Below, one piece after another: positions 38,059 to 51,447 of a DNA stretch of 64,000 nucleotides (positions are counted from its first letter, which is position 1; every line of letters begins with the position of its first letter). The notes under the pieces are model-generated. The model was not told where the DNA came from, did not search any database, and saw only the letters and a program-made list of their open reading frames with translations. Position numbers and translations under genes: made by a program. Location: contig NC_068991.1 in assembly GCF_001194135.2 (NCBI RefSeq), positions 39,471,618-39,535,617 of the forward strand, written 5' to 3'. Origin of the DNA: Octopus bimaculoides (lineage: Eukaryota).

Positions 38059-39619
38059 CTATAAACCATGAAATATAAATTGTTATAAATGTTATTGATT
38101 TGTTTATTCTCACTGACATTTAAATCTAATATTTACATGCACATATGTAAATGCATCCATACACATGATATATCTGTACATATATCAATAAATATGGCTA
38201 CATGTGATAGGGATAGAAAACAAAACAATAGCTGGGGTTTTTTTTTCAACTCTATAAGCTCACAGATCCAACTAGGGAAGAATAAATGTAATAAACATTA
38301 ATTATTTAGCATTGAAATATGGCTAATAATCTATATCTATAAACATCAATGTCTGTTTGTCTTGAAACAACATCATCATTTCCCAACAAATCTTTATCAA
38401 ATTTTGCAGGGAGATCCATATGCAATCCAGAATTATGTATGAACAAAGCATCCCAAGTTTGAGGTCCCCTTAGGGCAAAATAGGGATAAATCAAGAAAAG
38501 TGAAAATTGTAGAGATACTGCAAACTGTAATAGAGTAGGAGTGATAGTGCAAAGCAGAGAAATGCCAGTTTGTCACATCAAAATGTGGTTTTTCTTTCTC
38601 TAATTGGTCTTTCAATAATCTCCCACATTGTCTCACACACACACTTATACACAAACACATATGGAAAGCTGTTGTCATCAAATTTTCATGTTCAAAAGTA
38701 ATATCTTTGTAAAGTTAATACATGGTCTCAAATACCATGGGAGCAGAAAGTAATTTATTCTTTCATTGTCTCTCACTAAATTTGTTTCTGTTTCTAAAAT
38801 ATTCAGGATTCATATTCTACAAACCAAACTGTTAACTTATTTAATGTTTGAATATTTTACAAGCCTAATGGCTTAAACATGAAACAGGAAACATATTTTC
38901 TATCTGTCATGGAATTTGGAACCACAAACTAACTTTCTGAAAATGTGATTTCTTTTAAAGAGGAATTCTTCATAATGAATGTGTTCCAATATATAGTCTT
39001 TATAAGGCTGCAAGCTAGTAGAATGGTTAGCATGTCAGGCTAAATGCTTAGTGGCATGTTCTGAGTTTAAATTCCGTCATGGTTGACTTTATCTTTCATC
39101 CTTTCAGGGTTGATGAAATAAGTACCAGTTGGGTACTTGGGTCAATGTAATCAACTTACCCCTCCCTCTAAATTGCTGGCCTTTACCAAAATTTGAAATC
39201 ATTATTTACATTCTTTGTATATTTTGTGTGAAATATAATTAGCTCATGGTATTGTTACACATACTGATGGAATATTTGATACTTGTGCTAAAAATACCAT
39301 GGTCCACTCTCATTCTAGGACCTCAAAACAGTTGTTTGATATACCTGTGTAACAAACCATAAAGCTTGCCAGAGACAATGCAAACTGGAACAGTGTCTTG
39401 AGAAAAACAGTAGTTTTGTGTAGCTTGAAAGCAAGATGAAAGTTCCTTTGTTATCATTTTTATGCCTGTTCATCATCCAATTTTCAGCAACTTTGGCAAA
39501 ATCATCAGTACAACATGATAAAAAAACATACTTTGTCAAGCACAAGAGTTAAAAAAAACCCATCTAGATTTAACCTCACTCATATACAGCCAAGCATAGA
39601 TTTTCATTGAAAATACCCT

Positions 39620-40560
39620 ACATTCTATGGCAGGTAAGGATTTTGATCAGGGTAAACCATCACCTCCAGAAGCACTGCAGTCACAAATCAGTTAAGAGTT
39701 TCCTCAGGTAACCAGCTATAACAATCAACAACTGGAATAGCAGGTCTACTAAAATGAATTACTCTTGGTTTGATACATAAAAAGCAATTAGTGACATCTG
39801 GTATGGGAGAAATTATTTTCCTTGATACTTATGATGGAACAGGTAAAACCTTTGATCAATCAAATTTTAATAAAATTTCATTCACTCAAGTAGATTGCTA
39901 TTGTTGTATTGCAGTGGCCTCATTTGAAATTGCTGCAACTTTACTCACAGGGACAGGACTGCTTGTTCTGCTTTGAAACTGCCACTCAACATTGCACACA
40001 ATAACAGTCTTGTATGCAATATTTACAAAGGATCAGGCAGCAAGCTGGCAGAATCATTAGCATACTAGGCAAAATGGTTTAGCAGCATTTTATCTGTCTT
40101 TACATTCTGAATAAAAATTCTGCCAAGGTCGATTTTGCTTTTCATCATTTCAGGGTCAGTAAAATAAGTACCAGTTGAGCATTGGGGGTTGATGTAATTG
40201 ACTTACCCACTCCCCTGAAATTGCTGGCCCTGTGCCAAAATTTGTAATCAATATTTACAAAGGATCTGGACAAGCAGAGGTTGTGAAGTAAGCCAAACTG
40301 ACAGTATGTGATGAGAGCATATTGTCTAAACGACTTGCACCTGAGGTTCTTGGTGGCACCTTAAAAGATCTCAGAGTTGACATGAACATCATGGGTGGAG
40401 TCACACAATCTTGTTCTCAGGCAATTTCAATCAAACACTGTCAGTCATCCCAAAAGTACACCTACAAATGAAACTGGGAGCACACCTCAAAGAAATTTAT
40501 GTTTGAAGACTAGAGAAAAGTTTGTCTTTCTACCAACATGAGAGTTGCACTTGATAGAAA
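39620..40560 (+). mobile_element. Helitron RepHel Pif1-family helicase remnant, interrupted by a SINE
   Basis: FLDTYDGTGKTF (Walker A, cf. FLDAPGGTGKTF), IAVASFEIAATLLTG, ALKLPLNI, KLTVCDE (Walker B), GNFNQTLSVIPK and LSTNMRV occur in the expected order, with frameshifts and stops. Confidence 0.85.
40035..40248 (+). mobile_element. SINE family 2 insertion with an 18-bp TSD
   Basis: Perfect direct repeat caatatttacaaaggatc at 40017-40034 and 40249-40266. Confidence 0.9.
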
Positions 40561-41469
40561 TGTCACACCAGCCAAATTTGCTCAAATTTCATTTCACTTG
40601 AGGTCGTGAAGAGGGAGGGGGATGATCAGCTACCATGTGGCACTGAGAGCAGAGATGTAAAAAAAAAGAAAAAAAAAGAAGAAAAAAAAGAAACAAAAGA
40701 ATACAAAGCAAAAGAACAAACAAAAACTGAAGAACAATCAACAAATCTCAAGAAATACTACTGAAAGTTTATTGTATTTATGATTCTCAAAGAATTATAT
40801 AAACCATGAGAGGCTTTCTGAATGTGCAATCCCCAAAATAACTACCATATGAGTTAAATCATTTCAATTTGACAAAAATGTTTCTATTTATTTGGTACCT
40901 GTGTAATGCTGGGTATCTCTGACGGTAAATATACCTGAGGAAATATGAATAGATTAATAGTAGATAAGAAATGATATCTAGACATACTCTATAGGACAAA
41001 AGGCTAATTGCATAGGTAACATATAAGGAGGTTGTCTATCATGGTATATAATCCCATGACTTCCTCTTCGAAGGTAATAATTGGTGCCCAGTGGAGACAG
41101 AATTCCAAAGGGTCTGCCTTTCACCATTGATTTACTATTAGTTTATATGGACTGACATAGTTTAAAAGATAGTGCCAACCCATGAGACAAAATTTTCTTT
41201 CCCCAGTCACCCACTAAAACACAGGAAAGGGGCCAATCTGATACATCAACACATATGCACATCAATCCAAACTTGAACCATCATCTCCAATTAACATACA
41301 TGTAAACCACAAAATTTAATCTTCTCTGAGACACACATTTCTCAATTCCTATCCCTAACCTATCCCTACTCTCCAGCCTACACATTTATAATCCAACTTA
41401 ACTCAAGAATATGTTTGCAAGACATCCAGTAACTCTGACTGAAAACCTTTTTTGCACATCTTTTGGCCG

Positions 41470-41750
41470 TATTTGGCTCATGAGTTTGATTCCTGCCAGT
41501 GCATTATGTCCTTGAGCAAGACACTTTATTTCACATTGCTTCAGTCCACTCAGTTGGCAAAAATGAGTAGTACCTGTATTTCAAAGAGCCATCCTTATCA
41601 CATTCTGTGTTATGCTGAATATCTCCCTGAGAGCTATGTTAAAGGTATGTATGTCAGTGGAGTGCTCAGTTACTTGCACATTAATTTCACAAGCAGTCTG
41701 CTTTGTCGATCAGATCAACTGAAACCCTCATCCTCATAACTGATGGAGTG
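41470..41750 (+). mobile_element. SINE family 4 (tRNA-like head, ...ttgagcaagacactttatttcac...)
   Basis: A reverse-orientation homolog lies at ~48890-49190. Boundaries are approximate. Confidence 0.6.
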
Positions 41751-43909
41751 CAAGTTTGCTTTTTTTCTGCTCATCATGCACTGAGGACATCTATTTACTC
41801 TCTACTTTCTCTAAACTTATCATCCTCAATGACTTTAATACATAAAAGCCTTCTTTACTCTCACATACCACCCACACTGATGTGGATGGCACATGCTGAA
41901 TTCTTTGCCATTTCCAAACTGCATCATTTACAACCTCCTCATATTTGTATCTGTCACTGATACACTGATAATCCAAATGTCAATGATCCCTTTCTTACTC
42001 TAAACCCAGGCTATTTTTATCTTTGTATCCAAGTCCTGTGAGCTGGCAGACATCGTTAAAGTACTTTTTTAAAAACTCTTTACTTTCTGGATAAAAATCC
42101 TGCTGGGATCAACCTTGCGCTTCATCTCTCTGATGTTGATAAATTAAAGTACCAATCGAGTACTAGAGCCAATGGTATCAGCTAGTGCCCTACCTTCCAA
42201 AATGATAGCTTTGTGTTAAAACAATAATTATTTCTGCATTCATTGGATCAATCAATGCTCTTCCTACCACACAGCTTAACCTCATTTCTCATATAATCTG
42301 CTACTTCAAGTCAACTTGTCCAAGCTCCTGTGATAACAACCCTCGGAAGGAAACAGCTTACTCACCGATTCTTTTGAAGCAATGAAAAGAGTGAGAATCA
42401 TTCCACTATCTTCAAACTGTAAGTTGTAAAAGTAACTCTTACTTTCATTCAACTCCTCTCTCTTTTTCTCTCTACAGCAATCTTTTTTAAGCATTGACTC
42501 AACAAAGTTGGCTACACCTGTCCAATTTTCTACACAATGGTACTGAACCCAAAACCATGAGGTTGGGGAAACAAACTTCTTAACCACACAGCCATGCCTT
42601 CAACAGATAGACTGTCAAATTGTTTCTCTGTGCAGACTCCATCTGCCTCTCATATCTTGAATCACTAGTTTTCTGATATACTGCTGCCTTGTTGCAGCAA
42701 GTACAGTTGGAGCTCTCTCTGATACACACTCTATCAACCCTGGAGCCTTTATGTGGTGGCTTGACCAGCTGAAAATAACACTCAACTGAAAACTGACACT
42801 TGACCAATTCTGTAACATGTATCTTTTACTTGTTTCAGTCATTAGACTGTGGTCATACTGGGGAACTGCTTTGAAGAATTTTTAGTTGAATGAATTGACT
42901 CCAGGACTTATTTTTTTAAAGCCAAGTACTTATTCTATTGGTCATTTTTACCAAACCACTAAGTTATGGGGACATAAACATACCAACACTGATTGTCAAG
43001 CAGTAGTGGGGGTCAAACACAAATACAAAGACACACACACATACACACTCATAATTGTCACTAATTGTGACTGAGGGTGCTGTTTATATTAATATATATT
43101 TAAATATATATATATATACAACAGGGTTCTTTCAACTTCCATTTCTGATATCCACTCACAATAGTAGAAGACACTTGCTCAAGGTGCCATACAGTAGGAC
43201 TGAACCCAGAATCATGTGATAGGGAAGCAAACTTCTTACCACATAGCCATGCCTGCACCTATATGTTAAACAATCAATCAGAGATTGCCAGTCCTGTGAT
43301 ATAAGATAAAATGAAGAAAGAATTAGAAGAAAATAGATTTTTTCTCCAGGTCTCATGAAGAATCATTATTGAGAATGGTGGTGGGTGGGGTAGAAGGAAG
43401 GAAGGAGGTGAGTTGGTAAAGAAAATGAATAGATATCAATATTAGAAATATAGAACTGATTGGAGACTTATAAGTTGTAGGATGCCCAGCAGCTAAGTGA
43501 CAAATTAGCTGCCTTAACCTAATGGAGAAATAAGGAGTCAATTATTGGTCATTTTGTGGCCAAAGATATCCACTAATTGGTGATTGATCAGGTCTATTGA
43601 GTTTGGGTATAAGGGAGAATTAGTGGGAAGGGGTTGCAATGCTGGCCCTTAAACCAAGATCTTCATTAAAGTGCAAATACTGATGAATTAGTCTGCTAGG
43701 AATTTACTGCCTACTCAACACCATTTGTCTAGATTAGTGGTGCAAGCAAGGCAATGTGGTTCAGAAGTTCACTTCCCACCATGTGGTTTTGGGTTCAGTC
43801 CTACTGCATGGTACCTTAAACAAGTATCTTTCTTTGGCCTTAGGTTGATCAAATCCTTGTGAGTGAATATGTTAGTCAGAAACTGAAAGAAGCCCATTGT
43901 ACATACAAA

Positions 43910-43962
<53 letters not shown>

Positions 43963-44159
43963 ATATGTGTATGTGTCTATTTGTTTACATCTGTGTGCTA
44001 GGACAGTTGCTGTGAGTGGTGCTGTATCATTTCTCCTGTCAATAACTTGTTTACTTGTTTCATGCCTCCATAGATGTATGGAATAAAAAATCTCTTACTT
44101 GAAAATCAATTAAAAGTTAGTGATAGGAAAAGTATCCAGCTATAGTACAATGCTTCAAT

Positions 44160-45120
44160 ATCATCATCATCATCATCATCGTTTAATGTCCGCTTTCCAT
44201 GCTAGCATGGGCTGGACGATTTGACTGAGGACTGGTGAAACCAGATGGCTACACCAGGCTCCAATCTGATTTGGCAGAGTTTCTACAGCTGGATGCCCTT
44301 CCTAACGCCAATCACTCAGAGAGTGTAGTGGGTGCTTTTATGTGTCACCCGCACGAAGGCCAGTCAGGCGGCACTGGTAACGGCCACGCTCAAAATGGTG
44401 CATTCTATGTGCCACCTGCACAAGAGCTAGCCCAGGGGCACCGGCAACAATCTCGCTCGAAAAATTTCATGTGTCACTCGCACAAGAGCCAGCCCAGGGG
44501 CACCNNNNNNNNNNNNNNNNNNNNNNNNNNNNNNNNNNNNNNNNNNNNNNNNNNNNNNNNNNNNNNNNNNNNNNNNNNNNNNNNNNNNNNNNNNNNNNNN
44601 NNNNNNNNNNNNNNNNNNNNNNNNNNNNNNNNNNNNNNNNNNNNNNNNNNNNNNNNNNNNNNNNNNNNNNNNNNNNNNNNNNNNNNNNNNNNNNNNNNNN
44701 NNNNNNNNNNNNNNNNNNNNNNNNNNNNNNNNNNNNNNNNNNNNNNNNNNNNNNNNNNNNNNNNNNNNNNNNNNNNNNNNNNNNNNNNNNNNNNNNNNNN
44801 NNNNNNNNNNNNNNNNNNNNNNNNNNNNNNNNNNNNNNNNNNNNNNNNNNNNNNNNNNNNNNNNNNNNNNNNNNNNNNNNNNNNNNNNNNNNNNNNNNNN
44901 NNNNNNNNNNNNNNNNNNNNNNNNNNNNNNNNNNNNNNNNNNNNNNNNNNNNNNNNNNNNNNNNNNNNNNNNNNNNNNNNNNNNNNNNNNNNNNNGAGTT
45001 TAGTGTCCAATTTAACTCGATTTCGATTTCACTTGCCTCAACAGGTCTTCGCAAGTGGAGTTTAGTGTCCAATTTAACTCGATTTCGATTTCACTTGCCT
45101 CAACAGGTCTTCGCAAGTGG
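44160..45120 (-). mobile_element. Young RTE 3' UTR-subfamily copy spanning an assembly gap (N 44505-44995)
   Basis: Near-identical to 8365-8838. Tandem 62-bp units (gagtttagtgtccaatttaactcgatttcg...) lie just after the gap. Confidence 0.8.
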
Positions 45121-45539
45121 AGTTATATATAAATATATGTCTTTTATCTTTTACTTGTTTCAGTCATTTGACTGTGGCCATGCTGGGGCACTGCCTTGAA
45201 GGATTTTAGTTGAACAAGTCAACCCCAGGCCTTATTTTTTTAAAGCCTCATACTTATTCTATTGGGATTTTTTTTTGCCAAACTGTTAAGTTACAGGTGT
45301 GTAAAAACATCAACACTGGTTGTCAAACGGTGGTAGGGGGAAAACACACAGACACACACACACATATATGATGGACTTCTTTTCAGTTTGTGTGCCAAAT
45401 CCACTCAAGGCTTTGGTTGGTCTGAAGCTTTAGTAGAAGACACATGCTCAAGATGCCATGCAGTGGGACTGAACTTGGAACCATGTGGTTGAGAAGCAAG
45501 CTTCTTACCACACAGCCATGCGTGTGCCTATATGTACAG

Positions 45540-45583
<44 letters not shown>

Positions 45584-45927
45584 GTGAAACCATTGGTACG
45601 TAGGTAATCGTTTTATATATATATATATANNNNNNNNNNNNNNNNNNNNNNNNNNNNNNNNNNNNNNNNNNNNNNNNNNNNNNNNNNNNNNNNNNNNNNN
45701 NNNNNNNNNNNNNNNNNNNNNNNNNNNNNNNNNNNNNNNNNNNNNNNNNNNNNNNNNNNNNNNNNNNNNNNNNNNNNNNNNNNNNNNNNNNNNNNNNNNN
45801 NNNNNNNNNNNNNNNNNNNNNNNNNNNNNNNNNNNNNNNNNNNNNNNNNNNNNNNNNNNNNNNNNNNNNNNNNNNNNNNNNNNNNNNNNNNNNNNNNNNN
45901 NNNNNNNNNNNNNNNNNNNNNNNNNNN

Positions 45928-47419
45928 ATTTTTATATGGTAAATTCTAAAAATTTTTGGGGGGATGTAAGTGTAAATATTCCAAGACGTGCTGGTTTATG
46001 GCTGAGACCTAAATTGCAGGTAACCTTTCAACTTTTCCTGAAATGAGATGCCAAAATGCAGCTGCAATGAATGCCATGAGTGGCAGTCACAAACAATTGT
46101 CATGAACACTGACATGCACGTGCATCTTGTGGAGGTTATGGGTATAAAAATCAACTTGAACCATGTTTCTGGCATTAATAATTTGGACACATCAGGTATG
46201 ACCCGGTTGTCAGCAGTGCAGAGAGAACAAGCTATTGGCTGATTGCAAGCAGGACAGCATGCCCTGGTTGTTATGAAAGTTTATAATGTCCTTGTCAGCA
46301 CCATCTATTGCCTGGAACAGCGATACAACAACACCAGCAGGACTGCAGACTGTGCCTGCAGAGGGCACCCTTGGGTGACCACGCCCAGGCAGGACTGCTT
46401 CATCCACCTGCTGTGATCACTTCAGTCTGGCCAGCATGACAGCTCGTGAGACCATTGACACTGGACAGCGACCCATCAGTGATGACACAGTATGATGTCA
46501 ACTGGTTGCCAACAACCTGCGTTGCTGTCGTCCTGCTCAAGGGCCTGTCCTCATCACCCACCACCACCAGGCATGACTACAGTGGGCTACACAGCACCGA
46601 CATTGGTGGCATCAACAATGAAGGTCGATAGTTTTCTTTGATAAGAGCCGGTGCTGCGTTTCCACCTCAGATGGCAGAGTGAGGGTGTGGCGTAGGTAGG
46701 GTGAATGCTAGAGATGCATGTGTCATGGAGAAAGATGCATGGGGTGGCCAAAGCATCATGGTTTGGGGTGCTATAGGCCTGAATCAGAGAATTGGGCCCC
46801 ATGTGTTCCAAAATGTTGGTGCAGGCAGAGGGAATGGCATTACAGTGCAGCACTATGTTGACCAGATCCTAAGACCTCACATCGTGCCCTTCTTTGTGCA
46901 TCACCATAGCTATGTGTTTCAGCAGGACAATGCTCCCTCCCACATGGCCAGGGTGACCATGGACTTCCTGCATCAGCACAACATCAGAACCATGCTGTGG
47001 CCAGCTCTCAGCCTGGATTTGAACCCAATTGAATACCTGTGGGATAAAATCCAGAGACAGCTGAACCAGGTGGTCCCAAGGCCAACAACTCATGTTATTA
47101 ACTGGAGGTAGCTTTCCTCAGGATGTGAGCACAGGTGCCAATGGCTTTTGTGAACTGCCTCATGCTCTCCATGTACCGATGGTATATAGCTGCTTTGAAC
47201 ACCCAGGGTGGGCATATACTGCATTGAACATGTTACGCCCTACAATCTTGATGTACTGGATCCACCCACTACCAGAACACATGACAACAACCCATAGACT
47301 TTGGTCAAAGTGCATCCAAGAAATCAACTTTATCAGACTTATCAAAATTTATCTCTGACAATGAAATTAAAACATATTTCACAGTGACACGTCTTGCGTT
47401 TCTTTCACAGTTCAGTGTG
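45928..47419 (+). mobile_element. Tc1-family (DD34E) transposon, pseudogenised; left end in the N gap (45630-45927)
   Basis: MTRLSAVQREQAIG N-terminus at ~46198, then SIMVWGAI and FQQDNAPSH...WPALSLDLNPIE with exactly 34 residues between D and E. The right end is gcgtttctttcacagttcagtg followed by TA-rich DNA. Confidence 0.92.
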
Positions 47420-47430
47420 TATATATGCAT

Positions 47431-47466
<36 letters not shown>

Positions 47467-48138
47467 CATCATCATCATCATTTAGTGTCTGATTTTCATG
47501 CTGGCATGGGTTAGATGGTCTGACTGGAATTGGTAAGCCAGAGAGAGCTACACTAGGCTCCTGTCTGTTTTGGCTTGGTTTCTATGACTGGATGCCTCCA
47601 TAGAGTGTATAGGTTGTCTTTTACATGTCACTGGCACATGTACCTTTTATGTGCCACTGGCACAAGTGCCTTGTACATGTCACTGGTACGGGTGTCTTTT
47701 GCATGTCTCTGGCACAGGTGTCTTTCATGTGTCACTGGCACTGGGCACAATTATGATTTCACTTAGCTTGAGAAGACATGTCAAACTAAGTGAAATCATA
47801 ATTGTCTTCTCAAGCACAGCAAATTGCTAAAAGTCTCAGTCACTTGTCATTGCCTCTGTGACATTCAACATCTGAAGATCATATTTCACCACCTCATCCC
47901 ATGTCATTAATATATATCATCATCATTTATATATATATATTTGTTTAACCTATGTGAGAATGAAAAAATAGATGTAAAACGAATGATTGAATGAAAAAGA
48001 CTTTATCCTTTAATGAAATTTATCTAGACTGGACGAAGATTAAATCCTTTCAAATCAGAAAATAGAAAAACATTAACAGATTAAAGAAGTGGAAAAACAA
48101 GGTAAGTTTAATAACAGGTTATGTGAATAATGCCTTAC

Positions 48139-48484
48139 CTTGTCATTAATTCTTACAGTGACAGTTTTATGCTTTTCGCCATTCAGGTTAATCATTCGGA
48201 TACCTTCTTCAGTAAAAATTACCTTCATTTCTTCAGGGCTGGCTGTTGTAGCGAAGTCAATGTCAGTTGGCCCTATCCCCATTAAAAGATCTCGTACTGC
48301 TCCACCAGTAATCCTGAGCATATGGTTGTGTTTTTTAAACACTTTGATAAGTATTTCCAGTTGGGGAGTAAATAAAGCATGAAATTCAGGAGAATCTATT
48401 TTTGATATTAGTAGTTCTGTCATCTTTGCTTTCTTCTCTTTTTTTTTTCTAATAGGTATGTCCTGAATTATATTTTTGAAAAAC
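48139..48484 (-). CDS. TRNT1: tRNA nucleotidyltransferase (CCA-adding enzyme, class II), first recognisable coding exon (ATG at 48423)
   Basis: Translates MTELLISKIDSPEFHALFTPQLEILIKVFKKHNHMLRITGGAVRDLLMGIGPTDIDFATTASPEEMKVIFTEEGIRMINLNGEKHKTVTVRINDK. This contains motif A (GGAVRD...DIDF) of animal CCA-adding enzymes. Acceptor ttcttttctttgaatag|G lies at 48485 and donor AAG|gtaagg at 48138 (phase 0). Confidence 0.95.
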
Positions 48485-51400
48485 CTATTCAAAGAAAAGA
48501 AATAATTTTGTATTGAAAATAATGTTCACACATATTATAGTTTGATTTGGTTGCCTTTTTATAATATCAGAAAATCAAGGGTTTGGTTCCAAATTAATGA
48601 TGTAGCATAACAGGTAACTGCTTTCTGTGTCTCAGAACTTTTAAGAACTCAAAGTCTATCACAAGCTTCATTCTCAAGTGTTTTACTTTGAAATATAATG
48701 AATGAAATATGAAATACTTGGAGCTGATCTGAACTCATAATATAAGAGCTGTTATTTGTCTAATACTATATTCACTTGGCCATCTCACCTCTGCAAGACC
48801 GAAAAATGACCATTGCTCAGATCAGAAGAGTGGTGGAAATAGTGAAACTGATGCAGTTAATATAGACTGTGAAGGATAGTTAATATGTTTGGGGAAGAGA
48901 CAGTGTTCCATGTGATATACCTAACAGGATCCTTGTTAATAAGGGACAGTATATAACTGGCACTCAATTGGTTATGACGACAAGGGTTCCAGTTGATCCA
49001 ATCAATGGAACTGCCAGCTTATGAAATTAATATGCAAGTGGCTGAGCACCTCCCAGATACGTGTACCCTTAATGTAGTTCTGGGGGAGATTCAGCATGAC
49101 ATAAAATGCGACAAGGCTTGTCTTTTGAAATACAGGTTCTACTCAATTTTGCTAGCTGAGTGGACTGGAGCAATGAGGTAATGTTTGGATCAAACGTTCT
49201 GCATATTCAGCTATGCTCTATAGTTTCTTTTACTTACTGTAGCCAAGGCCATGATAGAGAATTGCTTTCAATAATAGGTGCAATGATATGTCTTTCATAA
49301 GTGATTTCACACCAAAATAAATGTGTTATCTAATGCTAACAACACAGCTTCAAGATGTCAAAATATACTATTATTCTGAAAAGCTAACTGAAATAGAGTA
49401 ATATGGAACTGATGTAACTATGGACGGGTGTGAGATGTTGAGGTATTGATTTATGTATTAGTAATCACTAATCTGCCCTTCCCAACCCCTTCACTTGCTT
49501 TTTTTCTTAACCCTCTCATTAATTCCTTCCCTCTCCCCTGTTTCCTGCAATAGTCCTCCCTCTTTCTTACAATTCCTTCATCTCTCCAGCTGGGATCATC
49601 ATCCACTCTCTCTTATGTTCGCCCTTAGTAATAAGTTTCATTTAAGTAGATTTTCTCTTAACCATCAGATATACTTTAGTTTTGGTTTTTATTAAGAAAC
49701 CATATATGAAAAACAGACATCAAAAGAAAAGAGATTAAAAAAAACAAAAATTAGTTTGTTACATAAATTAATTAAAATTTTCATTGTTCATATTTATTTA
49801 TTTCATTGAGGAATTTAATTTAAAATATAGATTAAACAATGTTATAAACATTTAAAAACTTATGCAGTTATTGTATCTTTCTTCCTCCTTCTATATGTTT
49901 GCTAAGTAATACTAAATTTGATGCAAGTGTAACAACAGGAGTCACAATTCTTTTACATCTTCTACATCCTTATTTACTTTATAGTGACATTTAATTTTTT
50001 GAAAATCTACAACTTGAATAATTTTGTACATATTTAAAAGCTGATTGTCATTTTCCTCCCCGTCCCCTTCTATATGTTTACTATGTAACACTACATGTGA
50101 CACTAATGTTACAGAAGTAATAAAAATTTGGTAGAGAGAGGGAGAGAAAACTTGCAAGATATAAGGCAAGAATTACTTGTGTTGGTGCTGTGAATAAAAC
50201 ATCCAGTCCACTCTGTAAAGTGGTTGGCAATGGAAAAGGCATCTAGCTGTAGAAACCATGTCAAAGTAGACAGAATGTCTACTTTAGCAGGGTGCATGAT
50301 GCAGTTCCCCATCTTGTCAGACTCTGTCAAACCATTCAACCCACACCAGCATGAAAGCCAGATGTTAAATGATGATAATTAAATGTTTTCAATTTATATG
50401 GCTTTCATACATTTATAATTTTTTAAAAAATCACAAAACTCTTTGTTTTTAGTTGTTTGACCCAAAGTCAACCTTAATAGAGCTGTGGCCATATTATCTT
50501 TTTCTCAGGCACAGTTCACCAAGTACAACATTAGACAACATGCCTTTTTTCTAAGATGTCATGGTGGATTCGATGGAGAATTGGTTGCTATTTCTAGCAT
50601 GTTGAACAACCACATAAATCCTTTCTTGTTGGTATGTCTCTATTTTTGTTTTTGCAGTCAGGTGCCTTTACTAATGGCAATGAAAGGACTATCATATGAA
50701 AGTAGCATGTTTTACAGTGAGGCAGCATGAAACAGATTATTTTGCCTTACTTTGAAAATGCATTGATGTTGTAGCCAGGTCTAGCTGGCTTGTTTCCCAC
50801 TATCAAGTATAATTCTCATCATTAGAAATTCTATAAGAATTGTATATAGATTGGGTCCTCAACAGCAGACTGGGTCTTCACATCCCTCACTTTGGATCAT
50901 TGGTAAGTGATATCACACCTTTGTGTGGTGTCACATTTCAATGGCAAACACTTGGATTCATGGAAAGAAGTATTTTATTATCTCAAACAAAATTTTCTCA
51001 ATCCTGTGCCATATGGTTTCAGATATTGTCCCATGGTGTGGTATATTGGACAAGTGTCTTCTTCTACAGCTCCGGGCTGACCAAAGCCTTGTGAGTGGAT
51101 TTGGGAGATGGAAACTGGTAGAGGCCCAACATTATCATCACAATCATTGTTTATATGTCCACCAATATTAATATGGGTTAGAAGGAATTTGTTGAAAATG
51201 ATTTTCTATGACTGGATTCCCTTCCTGTTGCCAACCCTTACCAGTTTCCAAGTAAGGTAATATTTACCCATGGCCAGATGTTTTCACAGAGGATTGGAAG
51301 TAAAAGACACAACTTGTATGATTGTGACACATGTTTACAATGATCACGATATCAAGACAAGGAGGCAACAATGCACACACACACATACACATATGTGTAT

Positions 51401-51442
<42 letters not shown>

Positions 51443-51447
<5 letters not shown>

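Noticed and set aside
38306-38494. Protein-like 62-aa ORF (LPAKFDKDLLGNDDVVSRQTDIDVY) near the loop exon
   Set aside because: It has no donor site and no similarity to TRNT1 or any family I recognise, so it is not an alternative loop exon.
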